The notes under the pieces were generated by a model. It did not search any database and had not been told where the DNA came from. It was given only the letters and a program-made list of their open reading frames with translations. Positions 31,426-41,316 of a stretch of DNA of 64,000 nt are shown here, one piece after another. How positions within the stretch are numbered: position 1 is the first letter of the stretch; each line of letters opens with the position of its first letter. Origin of the DNA: an uncultured Chloroflexia bacterium (GTDB taxonomy: Bacteria > Chloroflexota > Limnocylindria > Limnocylindrales > CSP1-4); assembly GCA_963709605.1 (NCBI GenBank), contig CAVPWX010000013.1, positions 81 through 64,080 on the forward strand, written 5' to 3'. The position numbers and the translations under genes were made by a program.

Positions 31426-31521
31426 GTCTCCTCCGTGCGGGGGCGCGCCGGGCTGCGGCACGCCGAACGGCCCGCATCCGCCGCGGACCCGGGCCTCGCG
31501 GCTGATGGTACCCGGCGGCCG

Positions 31522-32115
31522 TCAGCCCGTCGTCGCGTCCCGCAGCACGTTCCGCTCGAGGGCCCGCATCGCCGCCTCCTCGGCCGGCTCGGCATGGTCC
31601 CAGCCGCAGAGGTGGAGGCCGCCGTGGACGACGAGGAGCCGCAGCTCGTCGGCCGCTGCCCAGCCGACGTCGCCGGCCTGGCCGCCGCGCCCGGCGGCGG
31701 CCTGCTCGATCGCCCGCTCCACCGAGACCACGACGTCGCCGAGGTGGAGCCGCGTCCCGGGCGGGAGCAGGAAGGCGCGCCGCTCGTCGGCCCGTCGGGC
31801 GGCGCCGGTCCCGGCCGCCGGCCGCGGCGGGCCGCCCTCGTGGGGCGGGAACGCCTCGGGCGGCAGGAGGGGGAACGAGAGGACGTCCGTGGGACCACGC
31901 GTCCCCAGGTGGGCCGCGTTGAGACGGGCCAGCTCGGCGTCGTCGGCAAGCACCAGGCCGACCGACGAGGGCTCCGGCGCCCCGCCGGCGAGCAGCGCGG
32001 CGCGCAGCGTCCGGGCCAGGGCGGTCACCGGGAGCAGCCTTGGGACGCCCGGCCGGACGTCGAGGTCGACGCGGAACGGCGGCAGGTAGTGGGCGCGGGG
32101 CCCGGGGCCGCTCAC
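31522..32115 (-). CDS. ybeY: rRNA maturation RNase YbeY
   Basis: PTDVLSFP, LGDVVVS, VHGGLHLCGWDH zinc motif. Confidence 0.9.
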   Translation of the reverse strand: MSGPGPRAHYLPPFRVDLDVRPGVPRLLPVTALARTLRAALLAGGAPEPSSVGLVLADDAELARLNAAHLGTRGPTDVLSFPLLPPEAFPPHEGGPPRPAAGTGAARRADERRAFLLPPGTRLHLGDVVVSVERAIEQAAAGRGGQAGDVGWAAADELRLLVVHGGLHLCGWDHAEPAEEAAMRALERNVLRDATTG

Positions 32116-32123
32116 CGGGCGGC

Positions 32124-34274
32124 TCAGGCGCCGGGTCCCACGACGTTCCGGCGGGCCTCCAGCTCGACCACCTTGTTCTGGGGATAGGCGATCCGCTGGT
32201 GGTACATCCCGAGAAGCTGGGCCACGAACGCCTCCCGGATCCGCTCGACGTCGCGGAGGGTCAGGTCGCACTCGTCGAACTGACCGTCCTCGAGACGCTC
32301 CTCGATGATCCGCGAGACCATCGCCCGGATCGTCGGCTCGTCGTGGCTCGCGAGCGAGCGCACGGCCGCCTCCACACCGTCGGCGAGCATCAGGATGGCC
32401 GCCTCGCGCGTCTGCGGCTTCGGCCCGCTGTGCCGGAAGCGCCGCTCGTCGAGCCGGTCGGCCGTCGCCCGGCCGGCGGCGGTGTCGAGCCCCCCGAACG
32501 GGGCGGCGGCCTGCTCGCGGGCCTTGGCGTAGAAGTAGCCGATGCGGGCCGTGCCGTGGTGCTGCGGGATGAAGGCGATGAGCGGCTTCGGCAGCTTCGC
32601 CTTGTAGGCGATGTCGATCCCGTCGGCGGCGTGCGCCCGGAGGATCTGGGCGCTCACCTCGGGCGGCAGCTCGTCGTGCACGTTCACGCCGCCGGCCTGG
32701 TTCTCGATGAAGGCACCCGGGTTCGCCAGCTTGCCGACGTCGTGGTAGTACGCCGCCACGCGGGCCAGGAGCGGGTCGGCCCCGACCGCCTCGGCGGCGC
32801 GCTCGGCGAGGTTGCCGACCATCAGAGAGTGGTGGTACGTCCCGGGCGTCTCGAGGAGCAGGCGCCGCAGGAGCGGCTGCGATGGGTTGGCCAGCTCCAG
32901 GAGCTGGAAGACCGTGAGGATGCCGAAGAGGTTCCCGACGACGTGGAAGGTGCCGACCGCCGCGACCGCGGACCCGACGCCGGCCGCCAGGGAAGCCCCC
33001 CACAGCTGGAGGATGCCGGTCAGGTCCCGCGTTCCGAGCAGCGAGAAGATCGAGACCACGACGATGTTGGCGACGACGATCGCGAGCCCGGCCTGCAGGA
33101 AGATCCCCACCCGGTCGCCCCGCCGCACGGCGATGATCCCGGTGATCCCGCCCACGAGGACGTACGTCGCCAGCTCCAGCGACAGGTCGTTGACGGCGCC
33201 GGCAAGGATCGCCAGCAGGGCAGTCGTGATCGTCGCGGGTCCCGCGCCAAGGAGGATCGCGACCAGCATCGACGCCCCGGCGCCCGGGACGAAGAAGGGG
33301 AGGATGGAGCGGCCGGCCGTCAGCTGGTAGGCGAGCGCGGTGACCAGCAGGACGAGCCCCAGCAGGGTCAGGGCCCGGGCCCGGTGCCAGAGCTCCTGGC
33401 GATAGCGCCAGATCCAGGCCAGGAGGAGGACGACGACGAGGGTCGCGAGCAGGAACCAGCCGGCGACGCGCGCCACGTCGAGCTTCGCCTCGGTCAGGCT
33501 GAACGCCTCGAGCTTCGCGATCTCGAGGGCCGTCACCTGGCGGCCGGCCTCGACGATCAGCTCGCCCTGCCGGATCGTGTACGAGACGGGCTCCACGGCC
33601 TGCGCCGCCGCGTCGCGCGCTGCGCTCGTCAGGGCCTCGCTGTAGGTGGCGTTCGGCACGAGGAGCGGGGCCACGATCTCGGTGGCGAGGCGGCGCTCGT
33701 CGTCCGTGAGCGCCGCCGAGAAGCGCTCGCCCAGGTTGCGCCGGACCGCCTCCAGCTCCGCGTCGCGGAGCTCGGCCCGCTGGACGAGGCCGAGGACCCG
33801 GGCCGCCTCGGCGCCGACGAGCGCCCAGCGCTCGGGGGCCAGCGCCTGCAGCGTCGCCCGCGCCGAGGGGCTCAGGTCGGGCGGCTGCTCGGCCAGGACC
33901 ACCTGGCGCTCCTCCGGGGTGACCGCGGGGTCGAAGGCCGCGTCCACCGGGGCGAGCGCCTCGGCGAGCACGCCGAGCTGGCGGTTCGTCAGGTTGGCGG
34001 CCGTCTCCGCCCGGTAGTTGTACTGGGGCGGGACGGCCTCGCGCGCGGCCTCGCGCGCGGCTTCCGTCTCGATCTCGCTGGCGAAGACGATGGTCCGCGG
34101 CGCCGCCACGTCGGCGGGGGCCAGGTCGCCGACGTCGAGGTCGACCGCGGTCGGCAGGTCGTTCATCGCCAGGACCGCGGTGAGGCCGGTGACGAGCAGG
34201 GCGGCGGCAACGACGAGGCGCACGGCGTCGCGCCGGGTGAATGCGGTGACGCGGTCGAGTCGTCGGGAGAGCAT
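32124..34274 (-). CDS. 7TM-HD membrane phosphohydrolase (PgpH/YqfF-like c-di-AMP phosphodiesterase family)
   Basis: N-terminal TM, extracellular domain, multi-TM block, then PGTYHHS, YYHDVGK, QHHGT, GPKPQTRE, LADGVEAA; usual position upstream of ybeY. Confidence 0.88.
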   Translation of the reverse strand: MLSRRLDRVTAFTRRDAVRLVVAAALLVTGLTAVLAMNDLPTAVDLDVGDLAPADVAAPRTIVFASEIETEAAREAAREAVPPQYNYRAETAANLTNRQLGVLAEALAPVDAAFDPAVTPEERQVVLAEQPPDLSPSARATLQALAPERWALVGAEAARVLGLVQRAELRDAELEAVRRNLGERFSAALTDDERRLATEIVAPLLVPNATYSEALTSAARDAAAQAVEPVSYTIRQGELIVEAGRQVTALEIAKLEAFSLTEAKLDVARVAGWFLLATLVVVLLLAWIWRYRQELWHRARALTLLGLVLLVTALAYQLTAGRSILPFFVPGAGASMLVAILLGAGPATITTALLAILAGAVNDLSLELATYVLVGGITGIIAVRRGDRVGIFLQAGLAIVVANIVVVSIFSLLGTRDLTGILQLWGASLAAGVGSAVAAVGTFHVVGNLFGILTVFQLLELANPSQPLLRRLLLETPGTYHHSLMVGNLAERAAEAVGADPLLARVAAYYHDVGKLANPGAFIENQAGGVNVHDELPPEVSAQILRAHAADGIDIAYKAKLPKPLIAFIPQHHGTARIGYFYAKAREQAAAPFGGLDTAAGRATADRLDERRFRHSGPKPQTREAAILMLADGVEAAVRSLASHDEPTIRAMVSRIIEERLEDGQFDECDLTLRDVERIREAFVAQLLGMYHQRIAYPQNKVVELEARRNVVGPGA

Positions 34275-34291
34275 GACGATCCCGGCCGGGC

Positions 34292-34789
34292 CTAGCCCCG
34301 GCCGCCCTCCTCGTGGCCGCCTGCGTCGTGGGCGACGAGGTCGGCGCGGGCGAGGGCCGCGGCCACGAGGCCGGAGACGACCTTCCCGTCGGCGCGGCCG
34401 CGCGTTCGCGGGCTCAGCCAGCCCATCGCCTTCCCGAGATCGCGCGCCGACGACGCGCCGGTCGCGGCGATGGCCTCGTCGACGAGCGCGGCGAGCTCGT
34501 CCTCGGTCAGCGCCCGGGGGAGGAAGGTCGTGATGATCGCGATCTCCGCCTCCTCCTTCGCCGCGAGGTCCTCGCGGCCGCCCTTGCGGTACGCCTCGAC
34601 CGACTCGCGGCGGGTCTTCACCTCGCGCGAGAGGACGGCGATGGCCTGGTCGTCGGTGAGGGTCGTCCGGTCGCGCTTCTCGGCGTTGTAGACGGCGCTC
34701 CAGACCATCCGGAGGGTGTCGCGGCGCAGCGCGTCGCCCGACCGCGTGGCGGCGGTCATCTCCTCGTGAAGGCGGTCTCGTAAGGACAC
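34292..34789 (-). CDS. GatB/YqeY domain protein
   Basis: REVKTRRESVEAY..GGREDLA..E..EI, DLGKAMG, GRADGK; follows rpsU. Confidence 0.9.
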   Translation of the reverse strand: MSLRDRLHEEMTAATRSGDALRRDTLRMVWSAVYNAEKRDRTTLTDDQAIAVLSREVKTRRESVEAYRKGGREDLAAKEEAEIAIITTFLPRALTEDELAALVDEAIAATGASSARDLGKAMGWLSPRTRGRADGKVVSGLVAAALARADLVAHDAGGHEEGGRG

Positions 34790-34931
34790 CGGGGCGGCTC
34801 CTCCGCCGGGGTGCGCGGTCCGGGGACGACGCACCGGCTGCGATGGACCTCCGGGGCCCGGGAACGGGCCGGGGAAGCAGGTGGACCGGCGGCGGGGCGG
34901 TGACGCGGCCCCGGGGCGCCGATCCCGGCGG

Positions 34932-35114
34932 CTAACCCTGCTGGCGGGTGGCCTTCTTGCGCTTGGCTTCCTTGCGCTTGCGCTTCACGCTCGGCTTCTC
35001 GTAGTGCTCGCGACGGCGAGCCTCGGCGAGGATGCCGGACTGCTGGATCTTCTTGTTGAAGCGACGCAGGGCGCTCTCGAAGGTCTCGTTCTCACCAACG
35101 CGGATCTCTGCCAA
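34932..35114 (-). CDS. rpsU: 30S ribosomal protein S21
   Basis: [30 protein letters not shown]; TTG start after GGAGGTGA. Confidence 0.95.
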   Translation of the reverse strand: MAEIRVGENETFESALRRFNKKIQQSGILAEARRREHYEKPSVKRKRKEAKRKKATRQQG

Positions 35115-35231
35115 TGCCGGGATCACCTCCTCCGCCCTGGATTCCTGTTCCGACGCCGGCCGCCGGGCGAGATCGGCAGGCGCGAACGCCCACCGACGCA
35201 CGGTTCCGTCGCGCGCCGGCGAGCCCGGCGG

Positions 35232-35260
35232 AGCATAGACCGACACCCCGGGCCGGTCAA
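35232..35260 (-). promoter_or_regulatory. Sigma70-type promoter of rpsU
   Basis: TTGACC-17 nt-TATGCT on minus strand. Confidence 0.7.
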
Positions 35261-35333
35261 ACGTGCCGAAGGTCATGGAGCTGGCCCCGGCCGCGCTGCC
35301 CACCGCGGAAAGGGCGCCGCGCCCACCTCGGCG

Positions 35334-35660
35334 TCAGGCCTCCGCCGGCAACAGGTAGAGCGCCAGGCGGAGCGGCGTTCGGGCCCGGATCGAGTGTGCC
35401 ATCCGGGCCGGCATGCGGAACCACGTTCCCGGCATCAGCGCGTGCGGCGAGCCGCCGACGATCGCGTCGCCCTCGCCGTCGAGGACGTGGACGACGGCGG
35501 GGCGAGCCGCCGTGTGCTCCGAGAGCTCCTCCCCCGGCGCGAAGGCGAACAGGACGAGCCGCAGGTCGGGGCCGTCGTAGAGGGTCTGGCTGTGGATCCC
35601 GCGGTGGACGTGCGGGGCCACTGCGGCGAGATCCTCGAAGAACAGGGCGGGCTCGGGCAT
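35334..35660 (-). CDS. Cupin domain protein
   Basis: LFAFAPGEELSEHT, VHVLDGEG, MPARMAHSIRA. Confidence 0.82.
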   Translation of the reverse strand: MPEPALFFEDLAAVAPHVHRGIHSQTLYDGPDLRLVLFAFAPGEELSEHTAARPAVVHVLDGEGDAIVGGSPHALMPGTWFRMPARMAHSIRARTPLRLALYLLPAEA

Positions 35661-35741
35661 CGGCTGCACCTCCGCCGTCAACGGTACGACGGGGGCCGGA
35701 AGGCCGTTGCGCCCCGCCGGCACGTCCGCCACGATGCGCCC

Positions 35742-37442
35742 ATGAGACCGTTCCGGCCGTCGCACCGCACCCTCGTCGACGTCCTCGAAGGGGCAGTGAC
35801 CCGGTTCGGCGACCAGCCGGCTGTGCGACTCCGCACCGACGACGGCAGCACGATGACGTGGAGCTACCGTGAGCTGGATCGGCGCAGCCGTCTCGCGGCC
35901 TGGCGACTGCGGTCGCGCGGCCTGCTGCCCGGCGATCGGCTGCTCACGTGGGCCCCCTCCGGGCCCGAGCTGGCCGCCGTCTACTTCGGGGCGATCCGGG
36001 CCGGCGTCGTCTTCGTGCCGCTCGACCTCCACATGACACCCGACGCCATCCGGCGCATCGCCGACCGTTCCGGCGCCAGCCAGCTCGTCGTGGGGACCGG
36101 GCGCGACGCTCCCGATCCTGCCGACGCCGACCTCGACAACCTTCCGCGCACCACCACGTCGGACCTGTGCGCCGATCCCGGCGCCGGCATGCCGGCCGAC
36201 TGGGAGGCCCAGGTGGCGGCCTGGGATCGGCCGCGGCGGGAGGACGTCTACCTGCTCATCTACACGAGCGGGACGACCGGGGCCCCGAAGGGCGTCATGC
36301 TGACCCACGAGAACGCCGTCTCCGGGATCGACGCCTTCCACCCCATCGTGCCGGACATCGAGTACCGGATCGTCTCGATCCTCCCGATGTCGCACCTCTA
36401 CGCGATCGGCGTGGAGCTCTTCTTCACCCTCGACCTCGGCGCCGACATCATGTACGTGCGGAGTCGGAACCCGCGCGTCGTGTTCGAGACGATCCGCGAG
36501 CATCGGATGTCGGCGATGCTGGTCTTCCCCCAGGTCCTCGACCTGTTCTGGACCGCGGTCGAGCGCGAGGTCGAGCGCCAGGGCAAGGGCCTGTTCTTCC
36601 GGCGGGTTCGTCCGATCGCGCGTCGCCTGCCGATGGCTGCCCGGCGCCGGATCTTCCGCAGCGTCCACGAGCGGTTCGGCGGCGGTCTCCGGCTGTTCGT
36701 CTGCGCCGGCGCCTTCCTCCCGCCGCCGACCCAGCAGGCGTGGGAGGACCTCGGGGTCGTCGTCATGCAGGCGTACGGGGCAACCGAGACAGGATCAGGG
36801 ACCATCAACTCGTGGCAGGACCACCCGTTGGGGACCGTGGGCCGACAGCTCGCCGGCGTCGAGATGCGGATCGCCTCGGACGGCGAGGTCCAGTTCCGCG
36901 GCCCGACGGTCACGAGAGGCTACTGGGAGGATCCCGAGGCCACCGCGGCGGCCTTCACCGATGACGGCTTCTACAGGACCGGCGACCTCGGCCGCCTCGA
37001 CCCACAGGGTCGCCTCGTCCTCCACGGCCGCAAGCGCGACATGATCGTCCTGCCCAACAGCCTCAACGTCTTCCCCGAGGACATCGAGAACGCCCTGCGG
37101 GTCGCGGGGATCCGGGACTCGGTCGTCCTCGAGACAGAGCCGGGCCGGATCGAGGCGATCGTCCTGGCGCCGGCCACCCCCGACCGCGTCTCGACCGGGG
37201 GAGCGGGAGCGCCGATCGTCGGAGCGTTCACTCCCGGCGCCGACCTCGACCGCGTCCGCGACGAGGTGGACGCGGCGGTGAAGGCGGCGAACGCAACCCT
37301 GGCCGTCCACGCCCGGGTCGCCGCCTGGCGATTCTGGCCCGACATGGATTTCCCCCGGACCCACACGCTCAAGGTGAAGCGCGACCAGGTGCGGGCGTGG
37401 GCGGCCGTCGCCGCGCCCCTGCCGGTGACCGAGGCGACATGA
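35742..37442 (+). CDS. Long-chain acyl-CoA synthetase (AMP-binding enzyme)
   Basis: YTSGTTGAPKGV, QAYGATE, FYRTGDLG, GRKRDMIV, FPRTHTLK. Confidence 0.9.
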   Translation: MRPFRPSHRTLVDVLEGAVTRFGDQPAVRLRTDDGSTMTWSYRELDRRSRLAAWRLRSRGLLPGDRLLTWAPSGPELAAVYFGAIRAGVVFVPLDLHMTPDAIRRIADRSGASQLVVGTGRDAPDPADADLDNLPRTTTSDLCADPGAGMPADWEAQVAAWDRPRREDVYLLIYTSGTTGAPKGVMLTHENAVSGIDAFHPIVPDIEYRIVSILPMSHLYAIGVELFFTLDLGADIMYVRSRNPRVVFETIREHRMSAMLVFPQVLDLFWTAVEREVERQGKGLFFRRVRPIARRLPMAARRRIFRSVHERFGGGLRLFVCAGAFLPPPTQQAWEDLGVVVMQAYGATETGSGTINSWQDHPLGTVGRQLAGVEMRIASDGEVQFRGPTVTRGYWEDPEATAAAFTDDGFYRTGDLGRLDPQGRLVLHGRKRDMIVLPNSLNVFPEDIENALRVAGIRDSVVLETEPGRIEAIVLAPATPDRVSTGGAGAPIVGAFTPGADLDRVRDEVDAAVKAANATLAVHARVAAWRFWPDMDFPRTHTLKVKRDQVRAWAAVAAPLPVTEAT

Positions 37443-37464
37443 CGTTCCCGCCGCCCGGGGCCGA

Positions 37465-38019
37465 TCAGCCCCGCGGGATGGGCACCTCCGTGCCCACCGT
37501 TGAGACGGCCGCGGCCAGGTCCGCCGTGCGCGAGTCCGGCGACGACGCCGGCGACCAGGGGAAGAAGACGACCGTCGATCCCGCCTGACGGAGGACGAGG
37601 CGCACGTCGGGCGGGTACTGGACGCGCCCCGGGCCGCTCGTGACGTGAGCGGCAAGATCCGTCGCGGCCGTGGCCGCGGCCCCAGGATCCGGGAGCTCGT
37701 AGACGACGATCAGCCCGCCCGCCGGGTCGTCCGGCAGGATCGCCCGGAAGGCGGTCCGCGGCACGCCGGCGAAGGACGGCGGCTCGCCGGGGCGGACCGT
37801 CAGCTCGGTCTGCTGCAGGACCAGGCCGCGGGCCCGGAGAGCCCCGTCGAGCTGGACCTGCGTGGCGGCGACGGCGGGGGAGATCGTCGGGCGGGGCGTG
37901 GGGTCCGGCTCCGGCGGCGACGTCGCCGCGGCACGGCAGCCGGCAACGACGAGCCCCAGCGCCAGGAGGAGGACGACCAGGGCCGGGCGGCCGGGCGGCA
38001 TGCCGGCTGCCCACCTCAT
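37465..38019 (-). CDS. Hypothetical lipoprotein
   Basis: Hydrophobic signal ending VVAGC; start overlaps HIT stop. Confidence 0.7.
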   Translation of the reverse strand: MRWAAGMPPGRPALVVLLLALGLVVAGCRAAATSPPEPDPTPRPTISPAVAATQVQLDGALRARGLVLQQTELTVRPGEPPSFAGVPRTAFRAILPDDPAGGLIVVYELPDPGAAATAATDLAAHVTSGPGRVQYPPDVRLVLRQAGSTVVFFPWSPASSPDSRTADLAAAVSTVGTEVPIPRG

Positions 38020-38363
38020 CCGGGCGGCCAGTCGAAGGCCCGGCCGCCCATCAGGTGGAGGTGGAGGTGCGGCACGGACTGCCCGCCCCAGGCACCCACG
38101 TTCGAGGTGATGCGGTAGCCCCGGTCGACGATCCCCTCGGCGCGGGCGATCTCCGCGGCGACGGCGAAGAGGCGCCCCAGGAGCGGGCCGTGGGCCTCGG
38201 TGAGCTCGGCCGCGGAGGCAACGTGCTCCCGCGGCATCAGGAGCACGTGGGTCGGTGCCCGCGGGGAGATGTCGCGGATCGCGACGACGAGGTCGTCCTC
38301 GCGGACCACGGTGGCGGGGATCTCGCCGGCGACGATCCGGCAGAAGAGGCAGTCGGCGCTCAT
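38016..38363 (-). CDS. HIT (histidine triad) nucleotide-binding protein
   Basis: CLFCRI, GQSVPHLHLHLMGG. Confidence 0.95.
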   Translation of the reverse strand: MSADCLFCRIVAGEIPATVVREDDLVVAIRDISPRAPTHVLLMPREHVASAAELTEAHGPLLGRLFAVAAEIARAEGIVDRGYRITSNVGAWGGQSVPHLHLHLMGGRAFDWPPG

Positions 38364-39865
38364 GACGGCAAGGGTACGACGGGCAGGTCGCGGCCGGTGC
38401 CGGCAGGCCGGGGGAGCAGCCGCTCCAGCCGCCCCCGGGCCTGGTCGACCCTCAGCGGGTCGGGTCCGCCAACGGCCACGACGCCGATCTCGCCCTCCAA
38501 CGGTCGCCGTTCCGGGGCCGGCACGCGGACGAGCACATAGTCCTCGGCGTGCCCGATCCAGCCGGCGGCCGGGTCGGCGGGGTCGGCGGGCTCCTCGAAG
38601 AGCACGAGCCGGCGCCCGCCGGTCGCCCGGGCCGCGAACCGCGCCCGCGCTGCCGCAGCCTCGGCCAGCAGGACAGCGGCTCGCCCCCGACGGACCGCCT
38701 CCGGCACCCCCCCGGTCATCCGCGTCGCCGGCGTCCCGGGCCGCGCCGAGTAGCGGAAGACATGGAGGCCGGCCGGGTCGAGCTCCCGGATGAACGCCAG
38801 CGACCGCCCGAAGGCCGCGTCGTCCTCGGTCGGGAAGCCGGCGATCACGTCGGCGTGGATCGCCACGCCGGGGATCGCGGCGCGCACCCGCTCGACGACC
38901 CGCCGGTATTCGTCCGCGGTGTAGCGGCGACCCATCCGCCGCAGCACCCCGTCGTCGCCCGACTGGAGGGGCAGATGGAAGTGGGGAAGGCAGCGCCCGG
39001 CTCCCGCTCCCGCCCACGCGGCGAGCAGCTCGTCGTCGACGTGCTGCGGCTCGATCGAGGAGAGCCGGATCCGCTCGACCGGCGTCTCGGCAAGGATCCG
39101 CCGGACGAGGCCGGCGAGCGAGAGGGCGGCCCGCGCGTGGGACCCGCGGACACCCAGCTCCGACCAGCCACCGTCGTACGTCCCGATGTTGATGCCCGTC
39201 AGCACGACCTCGCGGTGGCCGGCGGCGAGCGCGCGTCGCACGTCCTCGAGCACGATCTCCGGGGCCAGGGAACGCTCGGGGCCGCGGGCCAGCGGGATGA
39301 TGCAGTAGGTGCAGTGGAAGCTGCAGCCGTCCTGGACCTTGACGTAGGCGCGCGTCCGGTCGATCCGCGCCCGCCCGTCGGCAACCCCCTCGATCTCGAC
39401 GCCGGCCAGGGTCGGGAGGGCCGCATCGAGGGGGCCGTGCGGCCCCTCGGCGCCGTCCCCGGGGAGCCCGAGGAGCCGCTCGACCTCGGCGAGCAGGCCG
39501 TCCTTCGCCTCGTTGCCGACGAGCAGCGCTGCGGCGTCGGCGGCGGCGAACGCCTCGCGGTCCACCTCCACCGAGCAGCCCGTCACGATCACGGCGGCAC
39601 CGGGGCTGGCCCGGCGGGCGCGCCGGACCGCCTTGCGCGACTTCTCGTCGGCGACCGCCGTCACGGTGCAGGTGTTCACGAGGTGCAGGTCGGCGGCCCG
39701 TCCGTCGCGAACGACCTCCACCCCGCGGGCCCGCAGGAGCCGCTCGACCGCGTCCATCTCGGACTGGTTGACCTTGCAGCCCAGGTTGGTGATGGCGGCC
39801 CGGCGAACCGGGCGCACGCCGCCCGACCCCGCTCCGCCCGCCGGCGTCGTCGCGCGCCCGCTCAT
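38360..39865 (-). CDS. mtaB: tRNA t6A37 methylthiotransferase (radical SAM)
   Basis: LGCKVNQ, VNTCTVT, VTGC, VQDGCSFHCTYC, PLQSG, HVFRYSARPGT. Confidence 0.9.
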   Translation of the reverse strand: MSGRATTPAGGAGSGGVRPVRRAAITNLGCKVNQSEMDAVERLLRARGVEVVRDGRAADLHLVNTCTVTAVADEKSRKAVRRARRASPGAAVIVTGCSVEVDREAFAAADAAALLVGNEAKDGLLAEVERLLGLPGDGAEGPHGPLDAALPTLAGVEIEGVADGRARIDRTRAYVKVQDGCSFHCTYCIIPLARGPERSLAPEIVLEDVRRALAAGHREVVLTGINIGTYDGGWSELGVRGSHARAALSLAGLVRRILAETPVERIRLSSIEPQHVDDELLAAWAGAGAGRCLPHFHLPLQSGDDGVLRRMGRRYTADEYRRVVERVRAAIPGVAIHADVIAGFPTEDDAAFGRSLAFIRELDPAGLHVFRYSARPGTPATRMTGGVPEAVRRGRAAVLLAEAAAARARFAARATGGRRLVLFEEPADPADPAAGWIGHAEDYVLVRVPAPERRPLEGEIGVVAVGGPDPLRVDQARGRLERLLPRPAGTGRDLPVVPLPS

Positions 39866-39869
39866 CGGC

Positions 39870-40358
39870 TCACCAGAGGGCCGGCTTCGTCGACATGAGG
39901 AAGGCGATGAGGCCGACCGCGGTGGTGATGGCGTAGGCGATGTAGCGCTGGTGCCGCGCCTTCGCCCGCCAGGCCGCGCGATCGGTGTCGCTGACGAGCC
40001 CCTCCCGCGCCTGCAGCCGGCGCAGCCCGGGACGCTGGACGGCGAAGGCGACCACGGCGGTGACCGCGTACGTGGCGAGGCTCACCATGAGCCAGGGCTG
40101 CTCGAGGATCCGCGAGCCCAGGACGGCGAGCATGGCGAGCCCGGTGAGCGCCAGGCCGGCGCCGATCACGACCGTCCCGTGCGCCTGCAGCCACTGCAGG
40201 AGCCGCACGAAGCGCCCGGGGGGTTCCGGCAGCACTCCCCGCTCCACGGACCGGTTCCGCAGCGTGAAGGGCAGCAGGAGGCCGGGCACGAAGAGCGAGA
40301 TGGCCAGCGTCACGTGGATCGCCAGGATGTACGGGAAGAGCGGGGCGAGGTTCGGCAT
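39870..40358 (-). CDS. Four-helix membrane protein (DUF2269-like)
   Basis: Four hydrophobic segments, His in first helix, C-terminal FLMSTKP. Confidence 0.7.
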   Translation of the reverse strand: MPNLAPLFPYILAIHVTLAISLFVPGLLLPFTLRNRSVERGVLPEPPGRFVRLLQWLQAHGTVVIGAGLALTGLAMLAVLGSRILEQPWLMVSLATYAVTAVVAFAVQRPGLRRLQAREGLVSDTDRAAWRAKARHQRYIAYAITTAVGLIAFLMSTKPALW

Positions 40359-40541
40359 CCGGTCTGAGGGGTCGGGGGGCTGCGGCGGGGCGGAGCGGAC
40401 TTCGGGCCCAAGATCGTAGCGCAGCCCTGCCGAACGGCCGTTCCGCGGGCCCGCGCGGGTGGCGTACGGTGCCGGTGCGTCCCGGCGGTACCTATCGGCG
40501 ACCGGGGACGTTGCCCCGCCGGGCGGAGAGGGATTCATCCG

Positions 40542-41291
40542 GTGGTTGCCACCATCCGTCCGCGCCGGCTCGGCCTGCTCGCGGGGGTCGGGGTCGTCGT
40601 GCTCCTCGCGCTGGCCGGGCCCGTCTCGGCCGCGGACCCGCCCGCCGAGGCGAACATCACCGGCCCGTGCACGCTCGCCGCCACCTCGACTGACGAGGCC
40701 GGCACCGACCTCGACACGCTGGCCGGCCCCGGGACGAGCGACCCCAACAACCCCTTCGACGTCGATCGGAAGGGCAGCGTCGCCTGGTCGGGCACCGGCC
40801 CGGCGATCACGAGCGGTACCTTCTCGGTCACCGTCTACGGCGTTCCCGTCTGGTCGGGCGACATCGACAACCCGGACGGGAAGACGAGCGCCGATGGGAC
40901 CCTCGATCTGGCGGAGATCCTCTCCGTCGTGCCCATCGACCTGGTGGGCGTGGTGGAGGTCAGCGGGAGCGTGAGCGGAACGGGCGGCTCGTGCAGCGGC
41001 AGCGCCTGGGTCCGGATCGGCGGCGACCCGCTCACCTCGATCCCCGGGCTCGTGGGGCTCGGGGCCGCCATCCTCGGCCTCGTCGGTGTGCTCAGCGCGG
41101 TCCCCGGCCGCCATCCCGGGCGCGGGCTCATCTTCGGGATCCTGCTCGGGCTCGGAGCCGGCGTCCTCACCCTCGTCTTCGGGATCGTTCCCCTGGGGTC
41201 GCTGAGCCCGGTCGTCGCCATCGTCGGCGGCGGGCTGATCGGCCTCGTCGCAGGGCTCCTGCCCGTCGGCGGAGGCGCGGCGGCGGCCTGA
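40542..41291 (+). CDS. Hypothetical exported protein with C-terminal membrane helices
   Basis: Signal peptide, beta-rich Gly/Ser/Thr/Asp domain with two Cys, three C-terminal TM segments. Confidence 0.7.
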   Translation: MVATIRPRRLGLLAGVGVVVLLALAGPVSAADPPAEANITGPCTLAATSTDEAGTDLDTLAGPGTSDPNNPFDVDRKGSVAWSGTGPAITSGTFSVTVYGVPVWSGDIDNPDGKTSADGTLDLAEILSVVPIDLVGVVEVSGSVSGTGGSCSGSAWVRIGGDPLTSIPGLVGLGAAILGLVGVLSAVPGRHPGRGLIFGILLGLGAGVLTLVFGIVPLGSLSPVVAIVGGGLIGLVAGLLPVGGGAAAA

Positions 41292-41316
41292 CGCGCCCGG
41301 CCGGGGCGGGCCGGCG

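Noticed and set aside
26129-31477. 1782-aa ORF
   Set aside because: It is the N-terminal part of mfd plus off-frame read-through on both sides of the frameshift near 28926
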